Below are positions 12,447-22,603 of a DNA stretch of 64,000 nt, piece by piece. Under the pieces are notes generated by a model. The model was not told the DNA's origin and ran no database searches. It saw nothing but the letters and a program-made list of their open reading frames with translations. How positions within the stretch are numbered: position 1 is the stretch's first letter; each line of letters opens with the position of its first letter. The stretch comes from Minutocellus sp. GHC0000111 (taxonomy: Eukaryota), in contig OZ361257.1 in assembly GCA_977018835.1 (NCBI GenBank), forward strand, positions 2,914,001 to 2,978,000, in the 5' to 3' direction. Position numbers and translations under genes: made by a program.

Positions 12447-12911
12447 CTACTCAGATCCCTCAATCTCCTTCGGTACGGGATCCATTTGCTTGGCCTTCTT
12501 TGCTCTGATATCGCTCTGAGTTTCGTCGTATCCCTTCTTGAATTCTTCGGGCACATTCTTCAGCTCCTTGCCATATTCTCCAGCCATTTTGCCGGCATCC
12601 TTTCCGAGATCTGCAAGTTTCTGAGGACCAAGGACGAAGGCGACTGCAACGAGAATGACTGCAATCTCTGGTGCACCCAAGCCAAACAGCCCTTGCATTT
12701 GAACCGAAGCTGCCGATTGGCGCTGCCTTCGAAGTGCAACGTGACTTTGCTGTGAGGTGGAGGTCGGGATGTTGTTGATTGATGGAAGTTGTGCCGATGT
12801 TGATGGATGGCCAGCAGAAGTGACGCCGGCTGGCGGAACAAAGGCATTTGCACCAGCGATGAGGAAGGCGATTCCGATCGTGGCGATGGATCGTTTCGTG
12901 AGATTCATCAT
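12447..12911 (-). CDS. Second plastid TatA/TatB-family subunit
   Basis: ANA-FVP presequence; GLFGLGAPEIAVILVAVAFVLGPQKLADLGKDAGK. Convergent paralogue of 11366..11785. Confidence 0.9.
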   Translation of the reverse strand: MMNLTKRSIATIGIAFLIAGANAFVPPAGVTSAGHPSTSAQLPSINNIPTSTSQQSHVALRRQRQSAASVQMQGLFGLGAPEIAVILVAVAFVLGPQKLADLGKDAGKMAGEYGKELKNVPEEFKKGYDETQSDIRAKKAKQMDPVPKEIEGSE

Positions 12912-13110
12912 TGTGCTTGGTGGTGTGAGGAGAGGGGGGGGGGCGTGTGGTATCTGGTGAGTGTTTCAGTCGGTAGGCTACCACCAGCAAAACAACGAAG
13001 CGAAGCATCATCATGCACAGCAGTTTTTGCTGCGTGCATCACTTCGCAACAATGAATCTACTTTTCATGATGGCAAAAATCCCAGTCTCCAATGGAAAGT
13101 TTTTCCTTCA

Positions 13111-13190
13111 GTCAACATGGCCGAGTGGTCTAAGGCGCTGTGTTCAGGTCGCAGTCTTAATTGGCGCAGGTTCAAATCCTGCTGTTGACA
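13111..13190 (+). tRNA. tRNA-Leu (CAG)
   Basis: Acceptor GTCAACA/TGTTGAC; A box TGGCCGAGTGG; anticodon arm CTGTG-TTCAGGT-CGCAG; long variable arm; B box GGTTCAAATCC; T-run terminator downstream. Confidence 0.9.
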
Positions 13191-13199
13191 GTCCCTTTT

Positions 13200-14420
13200 T
13201 TTGCCTTTATTTGCTTGTGTTGTGCCCCCCTCTCTATGCTCTACCTTCATGTCCAACTGGGAGCTCTTTTGGGCCTCTGGATCCTCCTTAGACAGGTTCA
13301 CCAATGTCCTGTGTGTGACTGGTGTGTGGTGCCGCCGCCGCCAAAGGAGGAGGAGGGGACCGACCTCTCTGCTGCTGCTGCTGCTGCCTGTGCCACCCCT
13401 GGCCACTCCTCATGGTGTGCTACAACTCCAACTCCTTAGTTCTGCTGGATGTGTAGCTGATAGGAGCCCTGCATGGTCCAATGGCCCTCTTTTTCCTCGC
13501 ATGCTGACTTTTGAGGGCCACAATTCAAAATTCAAACAGCATCTTCTGCTAAAAACCAGCCAGCCAGATGGTGATCAATCAATGAGATCAGCAACCAGAC
13601 CATTGACATCGGCTCCAACATGTAACTCCTCTGCCTTTTGAGCCAAATTCAGGCCAGTAACAACTTTTGACTTCGACATCGACGCTGATGGACGACGATG
13701 ATTTGAGGTCGACGCCGACTTTTGGCGATCATCGTCAGGGGTCACAACAATGGCGCTGGCAACGGGTCGAGAGAGCAAGGCCTCTCCTCTGCTGCTGCCT
13801 GGACTCTCTTTCTTTTATTCTTCGGTGTTGCCTTGGTAGATTTGGGCATGGTTCGTCGATTTGGTGTGGAGAAAAAAGCAAACGACATGATTGAGTTTGG
13901 AGAGAGCTGTGTTGCAAGTCGATCGAGCGGTCGGTCGGGCAGTCGTTTGAATGAAGTGTGCCGTTTGGCAGTTGCGAGAAAGAGAGAGTTCAAACAGCGG
14001 GACTACCGGGAACATTGCCACATGTGCCACACCAACATGAAAGATAAATGTGCCAAACCCACTCCAGGAACGTCCTCTCATCGTTGACTCACCTCAACAT
14101 CCCCTGCATGTCGGAGGGCCGTCGTGCGGAAAAGCCGAAGCGAGCGGCTGCTTTGTGCTGCTGCACATGATGTGTCTTGGAGGGCAAGGTAAAGATGCGC
14201 CAGAGAAGCACGCATGCGGAGATCCATGTGTGTGGTCGATAACACCCGAGTTTTATTGTTATTGGCACATGGGAAGGGAGGCAAATGGGGCCATCGGCCA
14301 GAGCTGTTGGAGGTGTCAGGCAATGAGGCGGATTTTTCCCTTCGAGTGCGGCACGCCAAATTCCAGCCGCACTTTTTCGCCAGCCGCACTTTTCTGGTCC
14401 CAGTATGGAAACCATAACCC
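13200..14420 (-). pseudogene. Degenerate ORF or transposon relic
   Basis: Fragmented reading frames from ATG ~13850 (MPKSTKATPKNKRKR.../...VVTPDDDRQKS...) in TG/CA-rich sequence. Tandem CCAGCCGCACTTTT repeats at 14363-14393 resemble subterminal repeats. No partner terminus was found. Confidence 0.3.
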
Positions 14421-14703
14421 TGGCTGGGCTGGCTGCGCTCTACAAAATCGTCTTTCCGCCGTCAGTCAACCCGCTCATCTTCATTTTTGGCGCTGTACCG
14501 CCATCTCGGCTTCCACTTTACACCGCTTCTGGCGTGCGTATTGACGAGCCGACCAAGCCAAAGCCGTCCCATTGACTGTACATCTACATACATCGTCACC
14601 AGACAAAGGACGAGATATACTAGTATCCGGGGAACCATACTGTGCCTTTTCTTGGGGGATTTTTCGGGCGAAAAATCATTGAGAAGCACATAGGAACACA
14701 AAC

Positions 14704-16971
14704 ATGTCGACCGACACAACTGCAACTTCAACTGGCGCAACCGCGGATGCCGCGCCTGTTCCAGCACCTCCAGCTCTTTCCAAGGACAACAACGACAACG
14801 ACGACGTTGCCGCCGATGCTCCGGAACCATCTCCCACGTCTGCCGCCACGACGGTGGTATCGGGCGACGCGAACGACAAGAAGCTGGCGCAGGATCACCA
14901 ACAGCCGCCACCGCCGCCCGATGAGGAGGACGAGGACGACGGCTTCGCTGCCGACGCGCGGCAGCCGTACGCCGGACCCGCCGGGCCCTGGGCGCCAGCT
15001 CCCGACGCGCCGGTCTACGCCTCCTGCACCACCCCCAACCCGCAGGGCAACGACGCCGACGACCCGACCAAGGTCGATCTCGCCCTGATCAATGCCCTCC
15101 GCCAGGACAAGCTTCGGGGCGGCGTCCTCAAGCTGGAGAACACCCTCATTTCCTTCATGAGGCAGGACAGCATCCGCTACATCGAGGTCGGCGGTCCCAA
15201 CAACTGCATCGTCGTTCCTGGCAGTCCGGAACCGGCGGCCACTGGTGCCGTATCTTCGTCCGCCGACGATGGCGAGTCGGGGGACAAGTCGAAAACCAAG
15301 TTGTCCGAGGGCAATGCCGACGACGCCGACGCCGACGATGTCAAAGCCAATGCCGACGCATCAAAGCCGCCCGTCATCGAGGGAGCGTGGCCGGCCGGAC
15401 AGCCCTACCCCAACCAGAAGCAGTCCACCTTCCAGCGCTTGGTGGTCCACCGCCTCGCCGACCGGTTCAACATCCTGCGCGAGCAGGGCACGACGGAGCT
15501 GCCCAAGCTCTCCAGGAACTACCCCATGCACCCCAACTACGTCCCCACCCTCGTCCGTTTGGTCAAGACCAAGGAATCGCGCATCCCCAAGCTGCCGCTC
15601 ATCGACTTCGATCTGGCCAAGTACGCCAAGTTCTACCCCAACACTCCCGTCCCGGATTACACCTCCGGAGGTGGACGGGGCAGGGGTGGATACGGCCAAT
15701 ACTACGGAGGCAGAGGAGGTCCAGGCCGGGGTGGTGGTGGTGGTCCGCCCGGAGGACCGCACTCCCACCAAGGATATCCCCCCTCGTATTCTCGGGGCAG
15801 CAGCTATGGCAGTGCCGGCGGTGGTGATCCTCAGCTACAGCTACAGCAGAATCCTCAGCAGCTTCAGCAGCATCCTCAGCAGCTCCAGCAGCAGCAGGAT
15901 ATGATGGTCAACGTCATGGCGGCAGCCAACCTCAACGATCCTCATGCGCCGCAGGATCGTGGTCCTCCCAAGAAGATGATGATCATGAAGCGCAACTCCT
16001 CCAAGCTCAGCAGCTCCGGCAGCCTCAACAACGGCGATGGCAAGGGCGACGGGAAGGGCGGCCGTCGCAAGTCCAACAAGGGCAAGAAGTCTCTCAAGGG
16101 CAAGGGCATCGACGAGAAGGAGAAGGTGTACGAGGAGGCCAGGGCTCGAATCTTTGGCAAGGAGGACGAGGAGGCGGCCGCCTCTGGCGATGCCGGTACC
16201 GATACTACTACCGGCAGTGGCACCCAGAAACAGGACGACAACAACGACGTCAAGGGAAAGAAGTCGAAGAGTTCCGTCCCGAGCCAGGTTGCCAAGTCCT
16301 CCTCCGCCAAGAACTTGGACGTTTCGGCCCCCGTCTTCACTCCACAGGGCATGTCTCCCGACCCACCGTCCCCCAAGAAGGAGAAGGCATCCTCCAAGAA
16401 GGAAAAGAAGCAGTCGCAGCAGACCAAGAGGCGGCCTAGCCAAGAGGAGGCCGGTGGCAACGATTCCAAGGTAACCTGGCGCAATCGCAAGGAGGAGGAA
16501 TCCGATCCCGATTTCTGCCGAGGTGGCGCCATGAGAGTCGTCCCAATGCCAATGGGAGCCGGAGGGATGCCACCTCCTCAAGGAGCTCCCGTCATGGGCC
16601 CAGGCGGTGTCCCTGTTTATTACAGGCAGCAGATGGCGTATCCCCCTGGCGGTCACCCCGGAGGATATTATCCTCAGCAAGGCGGTCAGCAACAGGCGGC
16701 AGCCGCAGCGGCGTACTACGCGCATCAGCAGCAGCAGTACCATCACTATCAGCAGCAGCAGCAGCAGCAGCACTATGGTGGCGGTGGCGGTGCATATGGC
16801 CAGCACCCTCAAGGGCAAGCACAAGTGCATCCAAATGCTCAGCCTCCATCGCAGGAAGAGCAGCCAGGCACCGATGCCGGTAGTGAATCTGCAAAGGAGA
16901 GTGACGAGAAGCAGAATACCGAGAAGGACGAAGGAGGAGATGGCAAGAGCGACGCCAAGGGAGAGGAATAA
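14704..16971 (+). CDS. R3H + SUZ domain RNA-binding protein (R3HDM/Encore-like) with RGG, PAM2-like and Q-rich regions
   Basis: STFQRLVVHRLADRF (R3H); EKEKVYEEARARIF (SUZ); NLDVSAPVFTP (PAM2-like); WRNRKEEESDPDF; poly-Q. Confidence 0.88.
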   Translation: MSTDTTATSTGATADAAPVPAPPALSKDNNDNDDVAADAPEPSPTSAATTVVSGDANDKKLAQDHQQPPPPPDEEDEDDGFAADARQPYAGPAGPWAPAPDAPVYASCTTPNPQGNDADDPTKVDLALINALRQDKLRGGVLKLENTLISFMRQDSIRYIEVGGPNNCIVVPGSPEPAATGAVSSSADDGESGDKSKTKLSEGNADDADADDVKANADASKPPVIEGAWPAGQPYPNQKQSTFQRLVVHRLADRFNILREQGTTELPKLSRNYPMHPNYVPTLVRLVKTKESRIPKLPLIDFDLAKYAKFYPNTPVPDYTSGGGRGRGGYGQYYGGRGGPGRGGGGGPPGGPHSHQGYPPSYSRGSSYGSAGGGDPQLQLQQNPQQLQQHPQQLQQQQDMMVNVMAAANLNDPHAPQDRGPPKKMMIMKRNSSKLSSSGSLNNGDGKGDGKGGRRKSNKGKKSLKGKGIDEKEKVYEEARARIFGKEDEEAAASGDAGTDTTTGSGTQKQDDNNDVKGKKSKSSVPSQVAKSSSAKNLDVSAPVFTPQGMSPDPPSPKKEKASSKKEKKQSQQTKRRPSQEEAGGNDSKVTWRNRKEEESDPDFCRGGAMRVVPMPMGAGGMPPPQGAPVMGPGGVPVYYRQQMAYPPGGHPGGYYPQQGGQQQAAAAAAYYAHQQQQYHHYQQQQQQQHYGGGGGAYGQHPQGQAQVHPNAQPPSQEEQPGTDAGSESAKESDEKQNTEKDEGGDGKSDAKGEE

Positions 16972-17289
16972 ATCGAATCGTCGATGATGGAGGAGAAGGA
17001 CGTAGAGCGGTGGGGGAAATGATATTTAATGGAATGGTTTGGTTTATGAAGAATTAAAAAGTGCTCAGGATGCATGAGCAAAAAGAAGAAGAAAAACAAT
17101 AAAGAAATACGGGTGGGCGCTACTAGTAACACTTACTTAAAAGTTGATTGAAGACTGTATTCATAGATCTAGAGATCTACCGGTGTGTGGGGATCTAGAT
17201 CGGCTACATGTAACATTACATGTAGATCTAGATCTAGACATGTTCAGAAGTGCACCATGTTACATGCACCGGTGTGTTCTTCTCAACGA

Positions 17290-17386
17290 ACGCAGCAGCT
17301 TCTGCACAGAGCCAAAAAATAAAAGGAAGGAGCAAAAGAACATTCCGCCGCGGGGGACTCGAGCTCCGGTTTGGAACGTGAGAGGC
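17290..17386 (-). pseudogene. Diverged duplicate of the 3' half of tRNA-Glu plus its downstream flank
   Basis: Near-identical to 17423-17512 (GCACAGAGCCAAAAAATAAAAGGAAGGAGCAAAAGAACATTCCGCC...GGTTTGGAACGTGAGAGGC), with mutations in the T arm. It lacks the 5' half. Confidence 0.85.
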
Positions 17387-17469
17387 GACTTGAATAGAAT
17401 GAACCTGACTCAAACAACCTCGACGCAGCAGCACAGAGCCAAAAAATAAAAGGAAGGAGCAAAAGAACA

Positions 17470-17542
17470 TTCCGCCACGGGGACTCGAACCCCGGTTTGG
17501 AACGTGAGAGGCTCCTGTGATAACCACCTACACTATGGCGGA
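17470..17542 (-). tRNA. tRNA-Glu (CTC)
   Basis: TCCGCCATAGTGTAGGTGGTTATCACAGGAGC-CTCTCAC-GTTCCAAACCGGGGTTCGAGTCCCCGTGGCGGAA folds as a cloverleaf. Confidence 0.92.
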
Positions 17543-17703
17543 TTGGTGATAATAGCAACGTAATTTATGGTACATGGTGGCATTCAGGAATTCCTACAAA
17601 GAAAGACATGCCCAGCCCACGCCATCAGCTCACGCCATCGCCACATCGCCACCGGCCCAGCACCGGACAACCGGAGCGCCAACATCACAAACAACATGCA
17701 ACT

Positions 17704-20700
17704 ATGGCGACCACCGGCTCTGACGACAACGACGACGCCCTTGGGTCATTCAACGATGATGGCTTCGGTTCCTTTGAGGATGGCGATCCCACCGGAGCAG
17801 CAACCGCCGTTCCCGACGCCGACCAACCGACACATGATGTGACGGAGACCGCCGAGACCGCCAATAATAATCCAGAGTCGGAGGTGGACGGGGGGTCATT
17901 ATTGCCACCTCCAGATATTGCTACCGATTTCCCTGCCGATGTCGATGCTGGCATTCTACCAGATAGTCCAGTTACCGAAGATACTGCCGAGGATACTGCA
18001 GGTGGCGATGAATCCGCCGCTACCGCCTCCGAGGAATCACCCGCACCATCAAACGACATTTCTCCCGAAGCCGAGCAGGAGTCGCAAGAGTCGGACGCAC
18101 CACTGGCCCTGCCCTCACCCTCACCTTCGCCTTCGCCTTCTCCACCGGAGATACCGAGCGCCGAAGAGGCCATGGAGACGGCGGACGAAACAGCCAGCGC
18201 ACCGGAAGCTTTTACAGCACCGCTACCAGACTTGGCATCGCCCGACGCTGCAGCGGACGCGACCACCGGCATGGACGGCGCTGGTAGCGCGGCACCGGCG
18301 ATGATGACGATGACGTCCCCACCTCCGATCAATATTGGTGAAATAAGCACCGACAGTCCCGATGATGATCCATTCGCGTCCCTCGGTGGTGCGGCCGATG
18401 CACCGCTTCCGGTCCTTTCGGGCAGTGCCGACGCGGGCGAGGGGGGATTTGGAAGCTTGGGTGGATTTGGCGACATGTCTGGCGGGGATGGTGCAGCAGC
18501 ACCCAGTAGTGCAAATGCCGATGTCGATGCCGATGCCGGCCTCGATACTAGTATTCCAAAAGCTGAATCTGGAACAGAGGAAAACAAGGTTGAAGCAACC
18601 AGCATGGACGTTCCAACTCTCGACCCAGGAAAGGTTGAAACGCTCCCCGACCCCGTAGATGGTGGTGGTGTCGATCTGCTCGGTGCATTTCCAAGCGAGA
18701 AGGAAGAGGAGACGAGCGAGGTAGAAGTCACAGATATGAATGACAATGTCACTGATCCCGATAGCGCAGATGCCACTGCAGTAGATGCAATATCCACAGA
18801 ACCCCCATCGCCAACGTCTAATGCCAATCCATCCTTGGACCAGCTCTCGTCCTTTGTCACTGCAGTGACGGAAGAGGAGGAAGTCGCCGGAACCGAGGAT
18901 GGCGCTCCTAGCACCGAAGATCAGGACGACGGTGAAGATATTGGCAATGATGGCAATAATGACGACGAAGATGAGGACGACTTTGGCGGGTTTGAGGACG
19001 CGGCTTCGGAGGAGGAAGAGAAGAAGGATGGCTCTCCCATCGCTGACAAGGCTATTTCTGATACAGTCAACAGCACTAATGCAATTCCACCTGCTTTGCC
19101 ATTGGAAACTTCTAAAGATGACGCTCCAGCTGAAACTTTGGCTCCTGCGACTGATAGCTTTGGTGCCTTTGGTGATGGCGCCAGTGATGGCGCTGTTGCG
19201 GACGATGACAATGGCAGTGATAAGGAGATGGATATTCCAAAAGCCGAGAGCACCGATGAACATGGTGATTATGAGGAGACCACCGATTCAGCAGCAGCGG
19301 CATTTGGTGCGTTCCGAGACATTTCGAGTTCGGCTGCAGAGCCAACTCCAATCTCCGATGACCTCCCAGCTGAGGCAAAGGCTGTGCAGGTGCAGGTAAT
19401 GGACGTAGGCGCAGCTGGGACTGAAGCCATCTCTCCTGTTGATACTAAGGACGATACACATGCTTCGGAAATGGAGGCAGTCGATACTGGTAATAGGATT
19501 GTGACAGAAACAGTAGAACGGCCTGCTTCCGATCCTGATAATGCCGTTTCGAATGGGTTCGATGCCTTTGCTGAAGTTTCTGCTCCAAGTCATGTTGATG
19601 CCGAAATGTCGATGGAACCCGTAGAAACTAACAACAAGTCGACAGAAGAAGATACCGATGATGAAGACGATGGTTTCGAAGCGTTTGCGGAGGCTCCTGC
19701 AGTTGCTGAAGAAAATGAAGAACCGACTGGATTCGTTGGAGAGGTTTCCCCAAGTAATAATGACGTGCTGGCTAACGATATGCCGGAATCGCCCGACGAG
19801 CACATTCCAGAACCGGTCGAGAGTACAGAGGATGATTTTGATGCCTTTGAGGAAGCCCCAGTTGCTATTGCTGCGACCGAGGGCTCTGATCTTGTAGCAA
19901 CAAGCGAAGATGGCAATGATGACGGATTCGATGCTTTCGCCGAAGCTCCTGCACCCTCACCTTCCCCCGAAAGAGCTTATAAGATGGACGCGTCCGATGC
20001 GCCGGCTCCGGCGCCAGCTCCAGCTCAAGACTCTGACGATGATGATAATGATGACGACGAATTTGGCGATTTTGACGCATTTTCTGAAGCACCTGCTTCA
20101 AGTGCGCCTCCTAATGACACTCACCAAGTCGATGAATTTGATGCACCAGCACCGGTACCAGTACCTGTTGCGACGATGGAGGCGTCCGAGCCTGGTGAAG
20201 AGAAGGCGGAGGAGGATGCGGAAGTTGAGCAGCAGCAGGAAAAACAAAATGGTGACGATGATGACGACGAGTCAGACGATGACTTTGGCGACTTTGGTGA
20301 TTTCGGAGGGATAAGCGAAGCAGGAGAGATTCCTGCTTCAGAAGAAGTCAATGGTGCCGATATGGCTGTGGAATCAGAGACGCCTCAGCAAGAAGCAGCT
20401 GCACCTGCAGCTGCAGCTGCACCTGAGAAAGATAGCGACGACGAAGACGACGACTTTGGAGACTTCGGTGATTTCGATGAGGCTCCTGCACCCGAACCTG
20501 CCGCCGCTACTGATGCGATACCCGCCCCAACAGCTCCCAACGCTGAGCCGATTCCGGTAGACCAGGGATTCGCAGCATCATTTGAGGAGCAAGCCGCAAC
20601 GCCAATTGGACACTCAACACCGGCTGAATCTGATCCAATTATTCAAAAGGCAACAGTTGTTTGTAAAGGGATATTTCAGCAATATGCATCCTCTCCCCTA

Positions 20701-21315
20701 GAAGAGGGAGGGGAGGAAAACAAGGAGATTGCGTCGATCCCGGTAAAGAGCATTTTGGATTCCATTTTGGCAGGCGAGGACTTCGGCCCTACTGCCGAGC
20801 CATCTTCAACATTGTCTTCAAAGGAAAAGATGAAGAACATCTTCTCTGAAACGCAGATCGAGCGAGGTCCTGCAAAACTGATTATGAATTATAACATGCC
20901 AAAGCCATACGCACAGTATGGCGCAGACTCGGGGGCTGACCTGAAGACCGATCGGGGTCTGTCGTTGGAGGCCTCTTCTCACTCCAACGACGGCGATGTT
21001 TTCGTCCCCGATGTATTATCTATCGATTTGCCAAAGGAATCGGAGCTTTCTCCGGAACCGCGAATGCCCAAGTCGCAAGTGGAACCGTCTGCAGAATTTG
21101 TCGATTTTCCCATGTCTGCAACACGAGTTGTCATTCCTGATAAGAAGGAAGTAAGTGCTGACGAGGACGGGTTTGCGAATTTCGGCGACTCGGCAGCACC
21201 AGCAGAACCCGCAACGCCCACTGTGGCCGAACCTGAAAGTGCAGTAGACAAATTTCTTGCAAAGATACCTGACCTCTCCTTCATGCTAAGCAAAGAGTTG
21301 GTCCTTCCGAAATGA
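17704..21315 (+). CDS. Aftiphilin/synergin-like AP-1 (gamma-ear) accessory protein, intrinsically disordered
   Basis: Many acidic FGxF/FDAF/FEAF motifs (DDDFGDFGDF) matching gamma-ear ligand motifs. C-terminal IPDLSFMLSKELV resembles the aftiphilin LPDLxFM terminus. Start placed at MATTGSDD; the ORF is open from 17608. Confidence 0.72.
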   Translation: MATTGSDDNDDALGSFNDDGFGSFEDGDPTGAATAVPDADQPTHDVTETAETANNNPESEVDGGSLLPPPDIATDFPADVDAGILPDSPVTEDTAEDTAGGDESAATASEESPAPSNDISPEAEQESQESDAPLALPSPSPSPSPSPPEIPSAEEAMETADETASAPEAFTAPLPDLASPDAAADATTGMDGAGSAAPAMMTMTSPPPINIGEISTDSPDDDPFASLGGAADAPLPVLSGSADAGEGGFGSLGGFGDMSGGDGAAAPSSANADVDADAGLDTSIPKAESGTEENKVEATSMDVPTLDPGKVETLPDPVDGGGVDLLGAFPSEKEEETSEVEVTDMNDNVTDPDSADATAVDAISTEPPSPTSNANPSLDQLSSFVTAVTEEEEVAGTEDGAPSTEDQDDGEDIGNDGNNDDEDEDDFGGFEDAASEEEEKKDGSPIADKAISDTVNSTNAIPPALPLETSKDDAPAETLAPATDSFGAFGDGASDGAVADDDNGSDKEMDIPKAESTDEHGDYEETTDSAAAAFGAFRDISSSAAEPTPISDDLPAEAKAVQVQVMDVGAAGTEAISPVDTKDDTHASEMEAVDTGNRIVTETVERPASDPDNAVSNGFDAFAEVSAPSHVDAEMSMEPVETNNKSTEEDTDDEDDGFEAFAEAPAVAEENEEPTGFVGEVSPSNNDVLANDMPESPDEHIPEPVESTEDDFDAFEEAPVAIAATEGSDLVATSEDGNDDGFDAFAEAPAPSPSPERAYKMDASDAPAPAPAPAQDSDDDDNDDDEFGDFDAFSEAPASSAPPNDTHQVDEFDAPAPVPVPVATMEASEPGEEKAEEDAEVEQQQEKQNGDDDDDESDDDFGDFGDFGGISEAGEIPASEEVNGADMAVESETPQQEAAAPAAAAAPEKDSDDEDDDFGDFGDFDEAPAPEPAAATDAIPAPTAPNAEPIPVDQGFAASFEEQAATPIGHSTPAESDPIIQKATVVCKGIFQQYASSPLEEGGEENKEIASIPVKSILDSILAGEDFGPTAEPSSTLSSKEKMKNIFSETQIERGPAKLIMNYNMPKPYAQYGADSGADLKTDRGLSLEASSHSNDGDVFVPDVLSIDLPKESELSPEPRMPKSQVEPSAEFVDFPMSATRVVIPDKKEVSADEDGFANFGDSAAPAEPATPTVAEPESAVDKFLAKIPDLSFMLSKELVLPK

Positions 21316-21373
21316 AGAAGAAAATAATATGCCATGCTAGGAGGTAGTGCTGAAACTCATTTTAAAGTAGTGA

Positions 21374-22441
21374 TTACTCCGAAGTACTTCCATATCTACC
21401 TGTCGTGTTGTTATCCTTTTCTTTGTCATCCACATTTTCTTCATCCTTTTCCATCACTTCTCCTCCAACAACATTCACTGCCCGTATTCTGGCTAAATCG
21501 AACTGGAAATTTCCATCGACATTATCCATCAAGGTTATCCCCACATTCTCTACTTTGATGGCACCATCGAGCTCTCGCTGTACCTCCCTCATCCGCCCCT
21601 GCGACGTCAGAAGCATAGTATTGAAGGGGATAAACAATGTTACAAAGTCCCCTCCTGTCCGTTCGCATATTGCAGCTCCTGGTTCATGCGTCGCCGGGAC
21701 GGTGATGTAGCCTTGGTATAGATCGTCGGGCATAAATGTCGATATCTTGAGATTGACCGTGTACACCCGTCCATCGGAACGACATGTAATCTCCAGAGCA
21801 TTGTAATTGTTCTTGAGGTTGATTGGAAATGGGAACTCGGGCGATCGTAGCGCACAAAATCCTGACCGGGTTGCTTTGCTGTTTTCTCCAACTCTCGTAT
21901 CGAGTGTTCCTTCCCATCGAATGAAGGGAATGAAAGGCTGTTCTCCCTCGCACTCCATCTCCTCCAAAAGCCTTGCATTCTTTTTCGCAATGTCATCCAG
22001 GACAGACGGAGCTTCGTCTCCTGGTTGAAACTCATAATCTTGCTTTGTCTCACTACTGATCTCCTGATCTGCAGATGATTCCTCCATCGGATTCTTCTTC
22101 ACTTTTTTGCCATTAGCACCTGACCCACCACCATCCAAAACATAAGGCGTCAGGTTCATATGTCGCCTGTAATCCTCGGACGTTTGGATTAGCTTCATGG
22201 TGCCCCTGGAGTAACCGTCGATGACTCCATCATCCGACAGTCGCCACCCACCCTTGGTGGGACCTTCCTCGGCCACAAGTGCATCGGCAGCGTCGTCTTG
22301 TCTCGAGAAGTCGAAAAACGTCAATGGATAGTTATAAAGCAATTCCTTGTCCATATTAATGTCGAAGAGCTCCTTCCGCACCGCCGCCCAGCGACGGAGC
22401 GCCCCTCCGCCCTCCGTTGGGAAGAGCTTTCTCCAGATCAT
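21374..22441 (-). CDS. NDUFAF1: Complex I intermediate-associated protein CIA30
   Basis: WRLSDDGVIDGYS, RSGFCALRSP, RSDGRVYTVNL, GITLMDNVDGNFQFDL. Confidence 0.88.
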   Translation of the reverse strand: MIWRKLFPTEGGGALRRWAAVRKELFDINMDKELLYNYPLTFFDFSRQDDAADALVAEEGPTKGGWRLSDDGVIDGYSRGTMKLIQTSEDYRRHMNLTPYVLDGGGSGANGKKVKKNPMEESSADQEISSETKQDYEFQPGDEAPSVLDDIAKKNARLLEEMECEGEQPFIPFIRWEGTLDTRVGENSKATRSGFCALRSPEFPFPINLKNNYNALEITCRSDGRVYTVNLKISTFMPDDLYQGYITVPATHEPGAAICERTGGDFVTLFIPFNTMLLTSQGRMREVQRELDGAIKVENVGITLMDNVDGNFQFDLARIRAVNVVGGEVMEKDEENVDDKEKDNNTTGRYGSTSE

Positions 22442-22603
22442 CTTGCTTTTGAGGCGTTTGCATGCAGGCCGCGCGCCTTTCGTTCATGTACCAATTGGTA
22501 GACCCGACGCCGGCCAGATCATCACAACAGCTCCCTGCCGATGCCGTGCCGCGCCGCGCGCCGCCGCTCATTCCCAGCAAAACCAGCTCATCAATCAGCC
22601 ACC

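Noticed and set aside
17290..17542. attL/attR of an element integrated at a tRNA
   Set aside because: Only ~36 bp separate the copies, there is no integrase, and the duplication includes the downstream flank.
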